In this document: positions 13,836 to 26,317 of the stretch, piece by piece
How the letters are laid out: the number at the start of each line of letters is the position of its first letter
Numbering within the stretch: the first letter of the stretch is position 1
Assembly (NCBI GenBank): GCA_950097015.1
Contig: CATNEN010000034.1
Location: 6,138,001 to 6,202,000 of the forward strand
Direction of reading: 5' to 3'
Origin: Macrostomum hystrix
Lineage: Eukaryota; Animalia; Platyhelminthes
DNA: 64,000 nt
Notes under the pieces: model-generated
Database searches by the model: none
Told to the model about the DNA's origin: nothing
Seen by the model: only the letters and a program-made list of their open reading frames with translations
Position numbers and translations under genes: made by a program

Positions 13836-14710
13836 ATCTCAATCAATCTGTAATGTCTCTCAATCTGTTGTAACTCTAAATCCGTCTGATTATTTAGATT
13901 TCGCATTCAGTGCCGCTAGTAACTGGCCAGTTAGCATTAGCAGCTGCATGAATATACTCGTCTGCATCAGATTTCGCCTATGACAAATGAGTGGCAGACA
14001 GGAATGACTAGCGATAAGCCAGCCCTCAGTGACCCTTTTGTTTTGGCTTTGAGCCGATTCTGACAGTTCTTTTTCATCCTATTTTCCTTTTCTTGTCCAA
14101 AGGCTAACTAGGCGGGCATTAGAGGCTTGCTCAAACACTGCTCACAAGCTGTGTTATTTGGCACTACCTTGCCCACTTTCTCTCCCTGGTTCACGTGCCG
14201 AGCTGAGCCTAATCCTATGTGGTCTTTGAGTTTCAATTATAATCTAGAAGAATAATTATAGGCTAGTGATAGGAATCGGGGACTCCATTGAAACTAATTA
14301 GCCGTGTCTCACCAAATTGCCACTTTGATTTTACACCTAGCTTTTAGGGAAAAAATGTATAAATATTTTTACTCAAAAGTAAGATGTTTCTTAGAAAAAA
14401 AGTTGTTATCTAACATTTATATATCTATCTAAAATCTTGCCATAGAAGCCATTGTTATAAACATTGCTAGAAATTTTCTCGTAATATAACAATTATATGT
14501 ACGATTGGTATATCATTAAGATTTGCAATAAAAAATTTCATTTATCATTTTCAAAATAAAAAAATGATGAGAAAACGACTACCTGCAAAAAATAGATTGT
14601 TCTGTTATGACGAGAATGTTTTACTCGTATTTTTGCCAAGAGGTCCGACGTTCGCATCGCAGCCCGAAAAGTTATTTTTTTATTGGGCAAGACACTTGGG
14701 CTACGACTAA

Positions 14711-14790
14711 GGGAGTTGCAGCCTTGTGGTTCGAGCTTCGGACTCACGACTTAAAGGTCGAGGGTTCGATTCCCGACACCCCTGGAACCA
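14711..14790 (+). mobile_element. tRNA-like SINE head (family B), isolated
   Basis: gggagttgcagccttgtggtt...ggactcacgacttaaaggtcgagggttcgattcccgac has A- and B-box-like motifs and resembles the head of the SINE at 61840-62127. The stems do not pair as a functional tRNA. Confidence 0.5.
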
Positions 14791-15954
14791 AAAAGTAAGT
14801 AGGATTTTTATATTTCCCTTTTTCCTTTTCAACACTTTTCTATGAAATTTTGTTTATAGTTTTTTTCGAAAAAAATCTTTCTTAGACTTTTTCTGCATGC
14901 TGTCAATTATCAAGCAGATCTTAACTCACCTATAGACAATGGCAGCCCTTAGCAATTCCCGCCAAGACTAGTAGCTGTTCCATCTCTTAACCCGTACAAT
15001 TTCGACATCTTTGCTAGTAGGACAGCACTGGTGCGAGCTTGTGTTTCCTTGTCTCTCCCTTGGCTGGGAAAACAGAATAGAAGAGAAATTGAGGGCCTCT
15101 CTCTGTCTTCTTTGCCATCGATTGCTTCCGCAGCAGCAGCAGCTGCAGCTCCAGTGGGCTGAGAGCCTGCTTCGTCCTCACTCACCTCCTTCCCAGCCTC
15201 CCAGCTCCATCATCGACCTGAACATGCATCCTCAACCAGGTGGTTGCACAGTCAAGGCTGCTTGGAATAGGGGAAATTGTCAAGTGGCAGCCAGTTCTGG
15301 CGCTTCCTGCCCCCCCACCACGAGAGCCATAATTCTTATTTTCTGCTTCAAAACACACGCACACATATTTCTGCTGAAGCCAGAGCCTGAAGAGTCTTGC
15401 GTGATGCACGCTCATTTTTATTTCTATTTGAAGATGACATGTTGCTGAAATATTCTCCTCAACCCTAAGGGCTCAGGTGTCAGTCTAATCACCTGTTAAA
15501 TTTGTCTGCTGCATCTCTCCGCGCTGACACGCAGCAGCAGCAGCATCGGCAGCAGAAGCAGCAGCTTGTTTTTGTTGGCTAGAAAAAATCCCTAATCCAA
15601 AGCATAAAAAAGAGCGAGCTCTGTTTCGTGCTCCCAACTATTTTGGCCTTGCCTGTAGAGTCATATTCATCCCTTGTCACGAAATGGGACCTGACAACGC
15701 AGGGGCAGGCCGTCCTGCAGCTGCTCGGACTAACTTTGCTGTCGCCAATTCAATAAGGCATGAATGCGGCGGAATCCGACAGGCTGAAATTGCTTCTTTT
15801 TCATGAGCCCCAGCGCATTGGGAATCATAACGTGGCTAAAGTCCATCAGCTGAGACTCGGGAGGCGATGCTGGCTAATGGGAATAAAGGGATAACCATGG
15901 CGAGACAATAGCAATGGGAAAGATTTAAATATAGATTTAACAGAGTTGTGGGAA

Positions 15955-16370
15955 AATGAAATGGGGATTTAAAAGGGGTGTAAAAATGGAATATGGATTT
16001 AAAAGGGATTTGGGAAAAAGCAGTTCGGATTTAGCAGGGAGTGGGGGAGAATGGAATAGGGATTTAATGGGGAGTGTGGGAGAATAAATGGGGATTTAAT
16101 GGGAAGTGCGGGAGAATCAAATGGGGATTTAATGGGGAGTGTGGGAGAATGAAATGGGGATTTAATGGGGAGTGTGGGAGAATGAAATGGGGATTTAATG
16201 GGGAGTGTGGGAAATGGAATGGGGATTTTATGGGGAGTGTGGGAGGATGGAATGGGGATTAAATAGTGAGTTTGGGAAAATGGAATGGGGATTTAATGGG
16301 GAGTGTGGGAGGATGGAATGGGGATTCAATAGGAAGTGTGGGAGGATGGAATGGGGATATAATGGGGGTG
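15955..16370. repeat. 33-bp degenerate minisatellite
   Basis: Unit gggagaatgaaatggggatttaatggggagtgt; period 33 (16143 to 16176). Confidence 0.9.
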
Positions 16371-16979
16371 AGTGGAACAAGGAGTTAATATTTTAATCCC
16401 ATTTCCGTTGGTCTTGTCGACCCCAGGTCTTTCTGATGACCGCCACCCACCTGTTGTCTATTATTCTGTGCTTAGAGTCTCACAGATTGCATGGATTTTG
16501 CCCTGAAGTGTTTAGCCCTGAGTAGACACATCCGAGTTCCGTCAGATCCGTCAGCAGTCGAGCGCGGCGGCAGCTGTCGCTTAGAAAGTTGCTTAAAGAC
16601 ATCTTTTTCTTTTGCCCAAGCAGAAGAATTTCTTTAATTGCGTCCCCGCTTCTTTGCCCGTCTCTGCTTCATCCCGAATCCCCCCCAGGTTCCTAACAAG
16701 TCACTCCCGCCTTCATATTCGCTCTCATCGGTAATTAACCATAGTCCCATCTCACCTGACTTGCCCCCCGGTACTCATTCCGCAGCCTTGATCCCAAGTC
16801 TCAGAGTGAAAAGTGTGTTTGCTTTCCTCTTATATCCCTGCTCTTAACGTCCCCACAGTCCGAATGGGGATCTTATGCAATCTCAGTTGGGCTTCTTTGC
16901 TCCAATTTGAGATTTCCTCTTAACATGATTATCATGCACTGCGCCTGTATACGTGTTGATATGCTAACTGATTAGATAG

Positions 16980-16980
<1 letters not shown>

Positions 16981-17015
<35 letters not shown>

Positions 17016-19830
17016 CGCAACCCACCGGCCACACAGTGGCCGAAAAGAGGTGGGAAGCGTCAAAACGCGCGCTCAAAGGCCAATTCGCGGACATGCCTGG
17101 CTCCGTCAGCCTGGCTCGGGGCGCGCGCATCGAAGAAAGCAGGTCAATGTAGCGGACCGATCGTCGCTGCCCGCGCCTGCGCCGTCCGTGCGGAGTCCAC
17201 AGAAGCATGTCCTGCAGTGGCTCAGGGCAGTAGGCTTCAGCCCTGATCACGTGCCCAGCAAGCCGTAGGCTGTCTCAGCAGGTCGGAATGCCGCGTCAGT
17301 GGCACTCGCTTGTACAGGGAATCGTTCGTCTCGCTTCCTGGGCACCGGCGGACGCCAAAGGCAGCACGAAGTAGGGCCGCATGAGCCGCATTGAGCTGCC
17401 TTGTAGAGAAGCACGGTGTCAACAACCGCCTGGAAGAGCTGCGACCTGTCCGTCAGCGCGCCCAAGAGCAGCATTGTCCGCACTTACCGAAAGGCCCTGC
17501 TGCTCCGTCTCACCAATCAACGCTCGCGTCCGGCAGTAGTCCGCCGAGGTAAACGAACTGGCGGCACCTCGGAAGCGGGGTCCCGTCGCCACTGTCGTCC
17601 CGGAGCAGAATCTCGGCCGGCAGATTGTGCGGCACCGACAGCACCTCGGTCTTCTGCGCGTTCACGACGAGAACGACTCTCCCCGGTCATCCAGCAGCCG
17701 TTGGGCGCCTTCGGCCCTCGAAGACGGCAGCCCGATGTCGTCTGCGTAGCCGAGAGCGCCAGAGCCTCTTCTCGAGGTGCCACCGGCTCTTGCGCAGGAA
17801 GCCGTCGTCCGCAGATGGCAAGCCGGTCCGGAACACCCAGACCATCACCAGTTCGAATAGAAAAGGCGCCAGCGTGTCCCCCTGCAGCACTCCCGAGGTC
17901 ATGCTGAACAGGTCCGACAGGCCGTCTGGCGCCACTACCGTAGCGATGGTGTCCACGTACAGCGCCATGATGGCAGTAATGAGCTGCTGCAGCACATTGT
18001 AGCCCCGGAGCACCAGGGGCAGCGTGTCACGTACCACCGAGTCGAAAGCCCGGCGAAATGCCACGAATAGTGCAACCAAGATTAACTGGTGGACGCGCGC
18101 TTCCTCGATGACGCAGCGGAGGGCCAGGATTGCGTCACAGTGACGCGGTGGGGCCGGAACCCGTTCTGTTCATACCGCAGGTACGGGTCCAGCACAGGCT
18201 GTAACCGTGCTAAAAGCATCCGGTTGAACAGCTTCGCTGCTTGGGACATAAGCGAAATCCCGCGATGTTCCTTCATCGATGTGGTGCGCGGTCATCGGGA
18301 TTCCGACGATGCGGGCAAAGGTCAGCTCGCGTGGCGTGGCACCTCCAGCCAAGGCGCCGTTCATCACGCGGGCCACCTCAGTGGCGACCCTCTGGACTCG
18401 CAACGCCTCGACGGACACTTCATCAGGGCCGAGGGCGCGACCCCAGGTGCTGGTGCTGGTGCTGGTGAAAGGACGGATGTCGAAATCCTCCTGCTTTGGT
18501 AGTGCTACCTCATGGATTAGCGATTGGTCAACAGGCAGAGATGGCGACGGCGCATTGAAAATGGTGACGAAGAAGCTGCGCAGCATATTTCTGCGCTCCT
18601 CCGCAGAGTCACCTACCAGGTTTAGCGCCGCCTTGTTCTTACGACCAGAAAGGGCGTTTACAGCCGGCCAGACGACCCGGTTTCGCCGATCAGGACCGAC
18701 TGACGCGACTGCCCGGATGGCGTCTTCCACAACAGCCTGCTGCCGCTTCTCGTAGATGTCCGCCAGTGCCTTTTCGGCGTCAGAAGTCGGGCGCCTGGCG
18801 CGTCGCAATCCTTCGACTGTGCATCGGGCCTCACGGATCTCAGGGCAGAGTCTTGGCTGCGGCTGTTTTTAAAGCCTTTCCTATTGAATTGTAGTCCGCT
18901 GCCTGTGCAGACCCCAGGGCCGACGCGAAAGCGTCCGCGCGTGCCGGATCCTGCAGGGCGCGGAAATATCTACGTCGGGGGCGCTTCGGCGGTATGTAGA
19001 GCGGGTCGGAGAGCCGCAGGTCACAGTAAAGCAGGCGGTGATAGGATCGTATGCGGTTCCACTGTGTCTCAGTTGATCAGCCGGCTGCGTTCGCGGTAGC
19101 GCACTAGCACGTGGTCGAGCTGTGCCAAGCGGGTAGTGGCAAAACGGCCGCGCGCTTAATTCCGCCTCCTGCGCTTGCACCCAGCGAAGGTCACCAGCCG
19201 ATTTGGCGGCTTGCGGAAGCGCGTGTTGGCCGACACCAGGTCGAACCTTGGCATCAGGTCGACTAGCGCAGCCGTGTTGGCGTTCTGTCGTGGCGACACA
19301 AAAGGAGAGCACTGGGACTGAGGCACAACGGCGTTGAGGTCGCCAAGCACTACCAGGGTATCGCGTTGCACAACCATCTCTAGCTGCTCCGACAGGAACT
19401 CGAAGAATTCCTGCGCCTCCTGCTGATGGGCAGCGGTAAGAGCGTTAGCGCAGAACAGCTGCGCATTGCGACGACGCAGTCTCAAGTCCACGCTCAACAG
19501 CCGGGCTGAGAGGCTATTGCAGCAGACGCTCTCGCGCAGCCGTGGTCCGACAAGCGCTCCAACTCCGCCGCGACCTTTGCTGTCCGCCGACGCGAAGTAC
19601 AGCCTCCAGCCAGCCCCCAGACCCTCACGATGAAGGCCAGCAGTTATTGATACCTCTTGAAGCATGACCAGGTCTAGCGACGCTGCGGGTTTCGCTGTCC
19701 TCACCGGCTTCCTGTCCTGCCGCCTTTAGCAGCCGCGGCACAGGCAGCAGCAGGGCGCGGCTCACCGTCCGGCCTGGTGGCCAGCATCGCCCAGAAGTCG
19801 CCGCGTATTTGCGCCGGAGTGGCAAAATCA
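16981..19830 (-). mobile_element. Decayed non-LTR retrotransposon (APE endonuclease + reverse transcriptase), RTE/RTEX-like
   Basis: Endonuclease motifs LVMLQEV, GRGGVGALV, LGDLNA and QLDHVLV (~19000-19700). RT motifs RGISLMSQAAKLFNR, EQNGFRPHR, RAFDSV, GVLQGDTLAPFLF and YADD (17737-17748). C-terminal LLWTPHGRRRRG motif and (TTA)n tail at 16981-17013. The coding region is broken across several frames by frameshifts and stops. Confidence 0.93.
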
Positions 19831-20666
19831 ATGGAACTGCAAACTAATAGAACTATCTGTCTGGATAGATGGATAGATAGATTTTGCCTCTACTAAACAA
19901 TGGCCTAGTCCAGCATCTCGCGTGCTCAAAAGTGCAAAACAATAGCAATTCTGCAAATATACATTTTCTTTCACACCAATGTCCTTCCAATATCACACAT
20001 TCTGTTTAACTTTCATTGTTTCTCGACTGCTTCTGCTGCTGCTGTTACTATTATTTGCTGTTGAACATGACTGCCACAATTTCCTTGCCATAGGCGACCT
20101 GCTTTCCCCTGTGCAAACACAGCGTGTTGTCGGTACGGCTGCTTAAGCGAGTGTACCTGTAAAGTTGGCATACAAAATACCTTTGAAACTGCTCAGGTGA
20201 GAAAGGCAAAATAGATGAAGCCTGTCTTAAAATAAAATTCCAATTTAATAGGAATTTCCGGATCCGGCTTTCCGGATTCAGAGAGAAAATAAAAAATTAA
20301 TTCAGCGACAGACAGAATGAGCAAAAATGAGGTCAACAGCATGGCAACAGCATGGCAACAGCTGCCAGCTGGCACCAGAGCTGCAAATCATGGGGGGCTG
20401 GCGGGCTGAAATTAGGCCACATTTTCTAAGAACTAAATAGTTCGCGTGACAGAAGCAGCAAAGAAGATTATCCCGGCCACAAGAAGAGGCTCGCTTGAGT
20501 AGGCGAACTGGTTTCCTTTTTTCGAGCGATTTTCGATTCATAGGTCGTATTTTCTCACCCGCCTACAAGCAGGGATTCAAATAGATCTTCTTACCGCAAG
20601 GTGACAAAATTTATGAGTACATACTCAACCAGGGCGTTCAAAAAGGTCTATTTTGTAGTTTATTAA

Positions 20667-21755
20667 CCCGATCCCAGATCCCGATCCCAGATCCCGATCC
20701 CAGATCCCGATCCCAGATCCCGATCCCAGATCCCGATCCCAGATCCCGATCCCAGATCCCGATCCCAAATCCCGATCCCAGATCCCGATCCCAGATCCCG
20801 ATCCCAGATCCCGATCCCAGATCCCGATCCCAGATCCCGATCCCAGATCCCGATCCCAGATCCCGATCCCAGATCCCGATCCCAGATCCCGATCCCAGAT
20901 CCCGATCCCAGATCCCGATCCCAGATCCCGATCCCAGATCCCGATCCCAGATCCCGATCCCAGATCCCGATCCCAGATCCCGATCCCAGATCCCGATCCC
21001 AGATCCCGATCCCAGATCCCGATCCCAGATCCCGATCCCAGATCCCGATCCCAGATCCCGATCCCAGATCCCGATCCCAGATCCCGATCCCAGATCCCGA
21101 TCCCAGATCCCGATCCCAGATCCCGATCCCAGATCCCGATCCCAGATCCCGATCCCAGATCCCGATCCCAGATCCCGATCCCAGATCCCGATCCCAGATC
21201 CCGATCCCAGATCCCGATCCCAGATCCCGATCCCAGATCCCGATCCCAGATCCCGATCCCAGATCCCGATCCCAGATCCCGATCCCAGATCCCGATCCCA
21301 GATCCCGATCCCAGATCCCGATCCCAGATCCCGATCCCAGATCCCGATCCCAGATCCCGATCCCAGATCCCGATCCCAGATCCCGATCCCAGATCCCGAT
21401 CCCAGATCCCGATCCCAGATCCCGATCCCAGATCCCGATCCCAGATCCCGATCCCAGATCCCGATCCCAGATCCCGATCCCAAATCCCGATCCCAGATCC
21501 CGATCCCAGATCCCGATCCCAGATCCCGATCCCAGATCCCGATCCCAGATCCCGATCCCAGATCCCGATCCCAGATCCCGATCCCAGATCCCGATCCCAG
21601 ATCCCGATCCCAGATCCCGATCGCAGATCCCGATCCCAGATCCCGATCCCAGATCCCGATCCCAGATCCCGATCCCAGATCCCGATCCCAGATCCCGATC
21701 CCAGATCCCGATCCCAGATCCCGATCCCAGATCCCGATCCCAGATCCCGATCCCA
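20667..21755. repeat. 13-bp minisatellite, ~84 copies, nearly homogeneous
   Basis: Unit gatcccagatccc (7+6 nt GATC subunits). Confidence 0.98.
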
Positions 21756-22313
21756 GTTGTATTCGGTGTCACGCACTGACTGACGCTTAGTAGAGGGATT
21801 ATGATCAGAGAGGGAGAAATTATCCCGCATTTGATTTTATAAGGTGAATGTAAATCTATTCAGTGATTGAAAATTTATTCCTTTGGTTAATTAAAACGCC
21901 TGGCTCATAGAAGCGAATAAAATAATTAAAATATTGTTGCTTCCTAGTCCCTGAGGACTTTGTTCACTTCTCCACCTGATTGATAGCTGACACTTTGTCT
22001 AATTAAACTAGCCTTCAAGGCGTGACAAATCATATGACTTTGTGCGCCTTCTTCAAAATCAGAGTCTTCAATTGATAAAACAGGCGAACAATTTATTGAT
22101 TAAATCTGCGAAACAAAACAGGCAGATTTCGTGCCCTCGTGTGTCAGAAAATTATCTTTTTATCTACCAGCGTAAGTGCATGTCATTTAACGAAATTACG
22201 TGGTATTTTTTTAAGAAAGTGCAAGCTATAGACTACTATAAGTAGCGCTGACTGTCTACAATGAATTATCTTATTCTAAAATCAATCAGTTATTCCCTTT
22301 TAGTTTTGGCTAG

Positions 22314-24566
22314 TCGTCAAGAACGTCATCCATGGCATCAGCAATTTTTGGCGAACCGGCAGACAATCCGTCGCCGTCTGCCAGTGAGGCCGATTCTCAT
22401 CAGCGCCCCCTCCCAACCAGCCGAAGGGGACGAGCAGCAGCAGCAGCAGCAGAGCAGCAGTGGGGCGCCACTTCGAGTGGACGACTTCGACCTGTACTGC
22501 CGCATGGCGAACAGCCCAGCCAGCCTGGGCAACAGCAGCCCGCTGCACAGCCCTGCCGGCTCCGCCATCGCTAAGGTGGACGAGTGGATCCGGAGCCTGG
22601 CTGGCCACGAGCTCGACACGCCGGACGGTAGTGTCGTCGGTGGCGGCAGGCAGCAACTGTTGCGTGTCGATCAGCCGGGTCCAGAGAACGCCTGTCGAAT
22701 CAACAAGTACCGCTCCAAATCGCATCGTCTACGTCGGGACCTGAATCAGCTGTCGTCGGCTGGACTTGACGCCTTAGACCCCGGTGGCCTGCGTCAGCAC
22801 CAGCTGCAGCAGCAGCACCAGCAGCGTCCACGATTGGGCAGCGCGGGAGGCGTCGCGGCCGCAACCACCGCCACAGCGGAGACCGCGGCCGCCGGGGAGC
22901 CGGCCGAGACTCTGGTCCGAGTGCGCAGCTTCAGGCGCACCAAGCGTGGCCTGGTGAATCAAGGCGACGCCACCGCAGTTGTCAGGGGCGCCAGGAGCAG
23001 CTGCAGTTTGAACAGTTCGGCTGCTAGTAGCGACCCGGAACTGCGCCTGCAACAGCAGTCGGCCGGCTCGAAGGTGAGCACGCTAGTTTAAACAACCGTT
23101 TCTTAGAAATATTTTTTTTAAACAAAGTAAGCAACGGGGCTACTTTTTACAGCCGCAGCAACAACAGCAGCAGCAGCACCTGCTGCAGCCAATCGATCCA
23201 CGCACCGCCCTTCGACGTCCTAGCTCGGCGGACCGAGATCGTTCAACGTCGCCGCTGCCGCCGCTGCCACCGTCCTGCGGACCGTCGCCGTCGCACGGCC
23301 CCGGTGGCTGCCACCGGCAGTGCCGCAGCGCTTGCCGCGTCCAGGTGATGGGCGCGCCGAGAGTTGGCAAGACTTCGCTGTGCGCCCAGTTTCTGTCGTC
23401 TGAGAGTCACGTGCTCAACGCGGTTGGTGAGCCAGGATGTTTTTGCTACCTACCGAACAGCTATCCAATCAGAACAGCTATCCAATCAGAACAGCTATCC
23501 AATCAGAACAGCTATCCAATCAGAACAGCTATCCAATCAGAACAGCTATCCAATCAGAACAGCTATCCAATCAGAACAGCTATCCAATCAGAACAGCTAT
23601 CCAATCAGAACAGCTATCCAATCAGAACAGCTATCCAATCAGAACAGCTATCCAATCAGAACAGCTATCCAATCAGAACAGCTATCCAATCAGAACAGCT
23701 ATCTAATCTGAACAGCTATCCAATCAGAACAGCTATCCAATCAGAACAGCTATCCAAAATAAATGTATCTCTCAAATGATCCCGCTAAATTTTAATCTAA
23801 AAGAGGATGAACCAACTGACGAAGCGGAGCGAGAGTCCAAAGAGCGTTTCGTGACCGTGCTGCTGGACGGAGACGAATATCATGTGACATTCCTGGACAC
23901 GGAGGGGCCAGAGTTGGTAAGGCATTCCGGCAACAAAATATGCAATTTCCCTATTTCACAAATTTTAACAATCTGGATCGGGATCCTTAACGCTTCACGT
24001 CATTTTCATAATGCTCCCACAGGGAGTGTACATCCTTGACGTTGATGCCTACATGGTAGTTTTCGCAATAGACAACAGGCGCTCGTTCAACGCAGCCAAG
24101 CAGGTGCTGAACGAGTTAGTTAGCGAGGCTCGCAAAGCCTCAGCGCTCATCCTGGTTGCTAATAAAGCCGACCTGGTGCGAAACAAGGAGGTGACGCACG
24201 AAGGTGAGTCCTGGCTGTCGTGACCTCGATTAAAATAATGGTTTTTTAAATTTACACTTAAAATGACTTTGGTCGCACCAATCCACAGAGGCGAAGAATT
24301 TGGCTGCTGTGTATGGCGCAATGTACATCGAGGTGTCCACAGCGTTGCATCACCAAGTGGACGAGCTGCTGGTTGGCACCCTCAGCCAGGTGCGCTCAAG
24401 GCAGCGACGAATGCAGAAGGAGAAGGATAAGCTCATCTGTCTCGAGCGCGACGGCCGGGGCCTGCGGGCTTCGCTGCGGCTGCGCTCGCCAAGGCGCATG
24501 GTGGGCGCCTTCATTAAAAAGCACTTTTCGTCCCGGTCCTGCGAAAACCTCGACAAGGAAGCCTAG
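22314..24566 (+). CDS. RGK-family (Rem/Rad/Gem/Kir) small GTPase, 5 exons resolved; start codon uncertain
   Basis: Exons ~22314(or 22304)-23073, 23153-23426, 23804-23916, 24023-24203, 24289-24566. All introns are GT-AG and phase-compatible (0,1,0,1). P-loop GAPRVGKT, G3 region LDTEG, G4 NKAD, G5 EVST. Long low-complexity N-terminus with RVRSFRRTKRGLVNQGD, and a basic C-terminal extension ending SRSCENLDKEA, as in RGK proteins. Confidence 0.88.
23453..23756. repeat. 17-bp intronic minisatellite, ~18 copies
   Basis: Unit agaacagctatccaatc, inside RGK intron 23427-23803. Confidence 0.96.
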
Positions 24567-24730
24567 GATTGTTCTGCGAGTATTGCTTGCGCATGAGGGA
24601 CGACTTTCAAATTGCAGACTGTCGAAAGCCTCCTGGACCTAGGTTGCTGTAAATATTTGCTCGGATTGAGTGCTTGAAAATCGATGCACATCTGGCTGCA
24701 TCACTCGAGCTGAAATAGTTTAGTCGGTCA

Positions 24731-25155
24731 TGAAAACCGATGTACATTAGGACTGGCATTCTTTCGGAGTGAGAAGAAGTGAAACGAGCTAACTGTAGAT
24801 TCTAGGCAAGAGTGGATGAAAACCAATGTACATTAGGACTGGCATTCTTTCGGAGTGAGAAGAAGTTAAAACGAGCTAACTGTACATTCTAGGCAAGTGT
24901 GGATGAAAACCAATGTACATTAGGACTGGCATTCTTTCGGAGTGAGAAGAAGTGAAACGAGCTAACTGTACATTCTGGGCAAGAGTGGATGAAAACCGAT
25001 GTACATTAGGACTGGCATTCTTTCGGAGTGAGAAGAAGTGAAACGAGCTAACTGTACATTCTAGGCAAGAGTGGATGAAAACCAATGTACATTAGGACTG
25101 GCATTCTTTCGGAGTGAGAAGAAGTGAAAACGAGCTAACTGTACATTCTGGGCAA
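24731..25155. repeat. ~86-bp tandem repeat, 5 copies
   Basis: Unit tgaaaaccgatgtacattaggactggcattctttcggagtgagaagaagtgaaacgagctaactgtacattctaggcaagagtgga, starting at 24731, 24817, 24904, ~24990 and ~25076. Confidence 0.93.
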
Positions 25156-25569
25156 TCTGAGCAAATTCACAATGTACATTCGCACACATAAGCCGATATT
25201 ATTTTTAGCTCGTCAATAAGGCTCTCGAATGAACTCTTACCTGATCTTGAACTCAATATTTACATTTGCTTTTCCTGTCTTGTTGATGCTGCACCAAATA
25301 ACTCTCGTGTTTCTGAGCGCTAAGACTTATTGCTCTGGCTGTTTCCTATCTGTCTGCGTAAAATTAATGCCATGGAAATGCTTCAAATTTATTTTAAAAT
25401 ATGCTATACGAGTAGATTCTAAGTGACTTGCCTCAGCCAGGAATTTTTTTAAACTAAATATATAGCATTATTTTGTAAAGTTTAAAAAATTCACCAAAGG
25501 CAACTAAAAGTAAAGCAATAAACACCAGCACTCCGCATCCCAGACCCAGCATTCGAATCCTGACATGTA

Positions 25570-25965
25570 GCCACCACTCATCTACCGCCCGCAACCACTT
25601 ATCTACCACTCGCCACCACTCATCTAGCACACGCCACCACTCATCTACCACTCGCCACCACTCATCTAGCACACGCCACCACTCATCTACCACACGCCAC
25701 CACTTATCTACCGCCCGCCACCACTCATCTAGCACACGCCACCACTCATCTACCGCCCGCCACCACTCATCTACCGCCCGCCATCACGTATCCAACACCC
25801 GCCACCACTCATCTAGCAACCGCCACTCTGCATCTAGAAGCCACCACTCCGTATCTAGCAACCGCCACCCCACGTCTAGAAACCGCCACTCCACGTCTAG
25901 CATCCGCCACTCCACGTCTAGCAACCGCCACTCCATGTCTAGAACACTCCACTCCGATTCTAGCA
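25570..25965. repeat. 21-bp minisatellite, diverging 3'
   Basis: Unit ccaccactcatcta(c/g)c(g/a)c(c/a)cg. Confidence 0.9.
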
Positions 25966-26317
25966 CTAGTTTCTGACTTGCACTACAATATTTTTTGTAT
26001 TCTACGTAAATTTTCTTTTCAACGAGCATACAGTAGACTTTTCGATAAACAATAAATATCGATAACTGATCGAATACTTTTCTATAACTGATAAATTCGC
26101 GTTATTGACATAAGCAAATAAAATATCTACTGAAATAACGTGCACTCTGAAGTTGCGAAATCTGGAATTGAAAATACCTAAATTATTCTCGATTCGCGAG
26201 TGCATCAAAAAACTATTTGATGCCTCTATTGTCACCGCGTGACAAAAAGAATTAAAAAGTGTGGGTGAAAAAAAGAACTATAAAACGTAGGAAATACAGG
26301 CCGGAAAAAGGAAACGC

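Noticed and set aside
14711-14790. Functional tRNA gene
   Set aside because: The acceptor and anticodon stems do not pair properly, and the sequence matches the SINE family B head.
16981-17060. The LINE as mobilising partner of the SINEs via a shared 3' end
   Set aside because: The tails are similar simple repeats, but I see no sequence homology between the LINE 3' end and the 3' ends of SINE A or C.
16960-19880. Target-site duplication for the LINE
   Set aside because: Only a low-complexity tagataga match on both sides; not distinguishable from chance.
19979-20145. Short ORF with a signal-peptide-like Leu run (MSFQYHTFCLTFIVSRLLLLLLLLFAVE) as the missing syndecan exon 1
   Set aside because: The hydrophobic run derives from a (CTG)n microsatellite, the only plausible donor is phase 1 whereas 39824 needs phase 0, and it is 20 kb away.
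20625-21830. GSGSGIGIWDRDL-repeat ORFs
   Set aside because: Translation of a 13-bp satellite; the same peptide appears in all three frames.
24731-25155. CRISPR-like array (also considered for the 28-34 bp arrays)
   Set aside because: Head-to-tail repeats without unique spacers, no cas genes, and a eukaryotic context.
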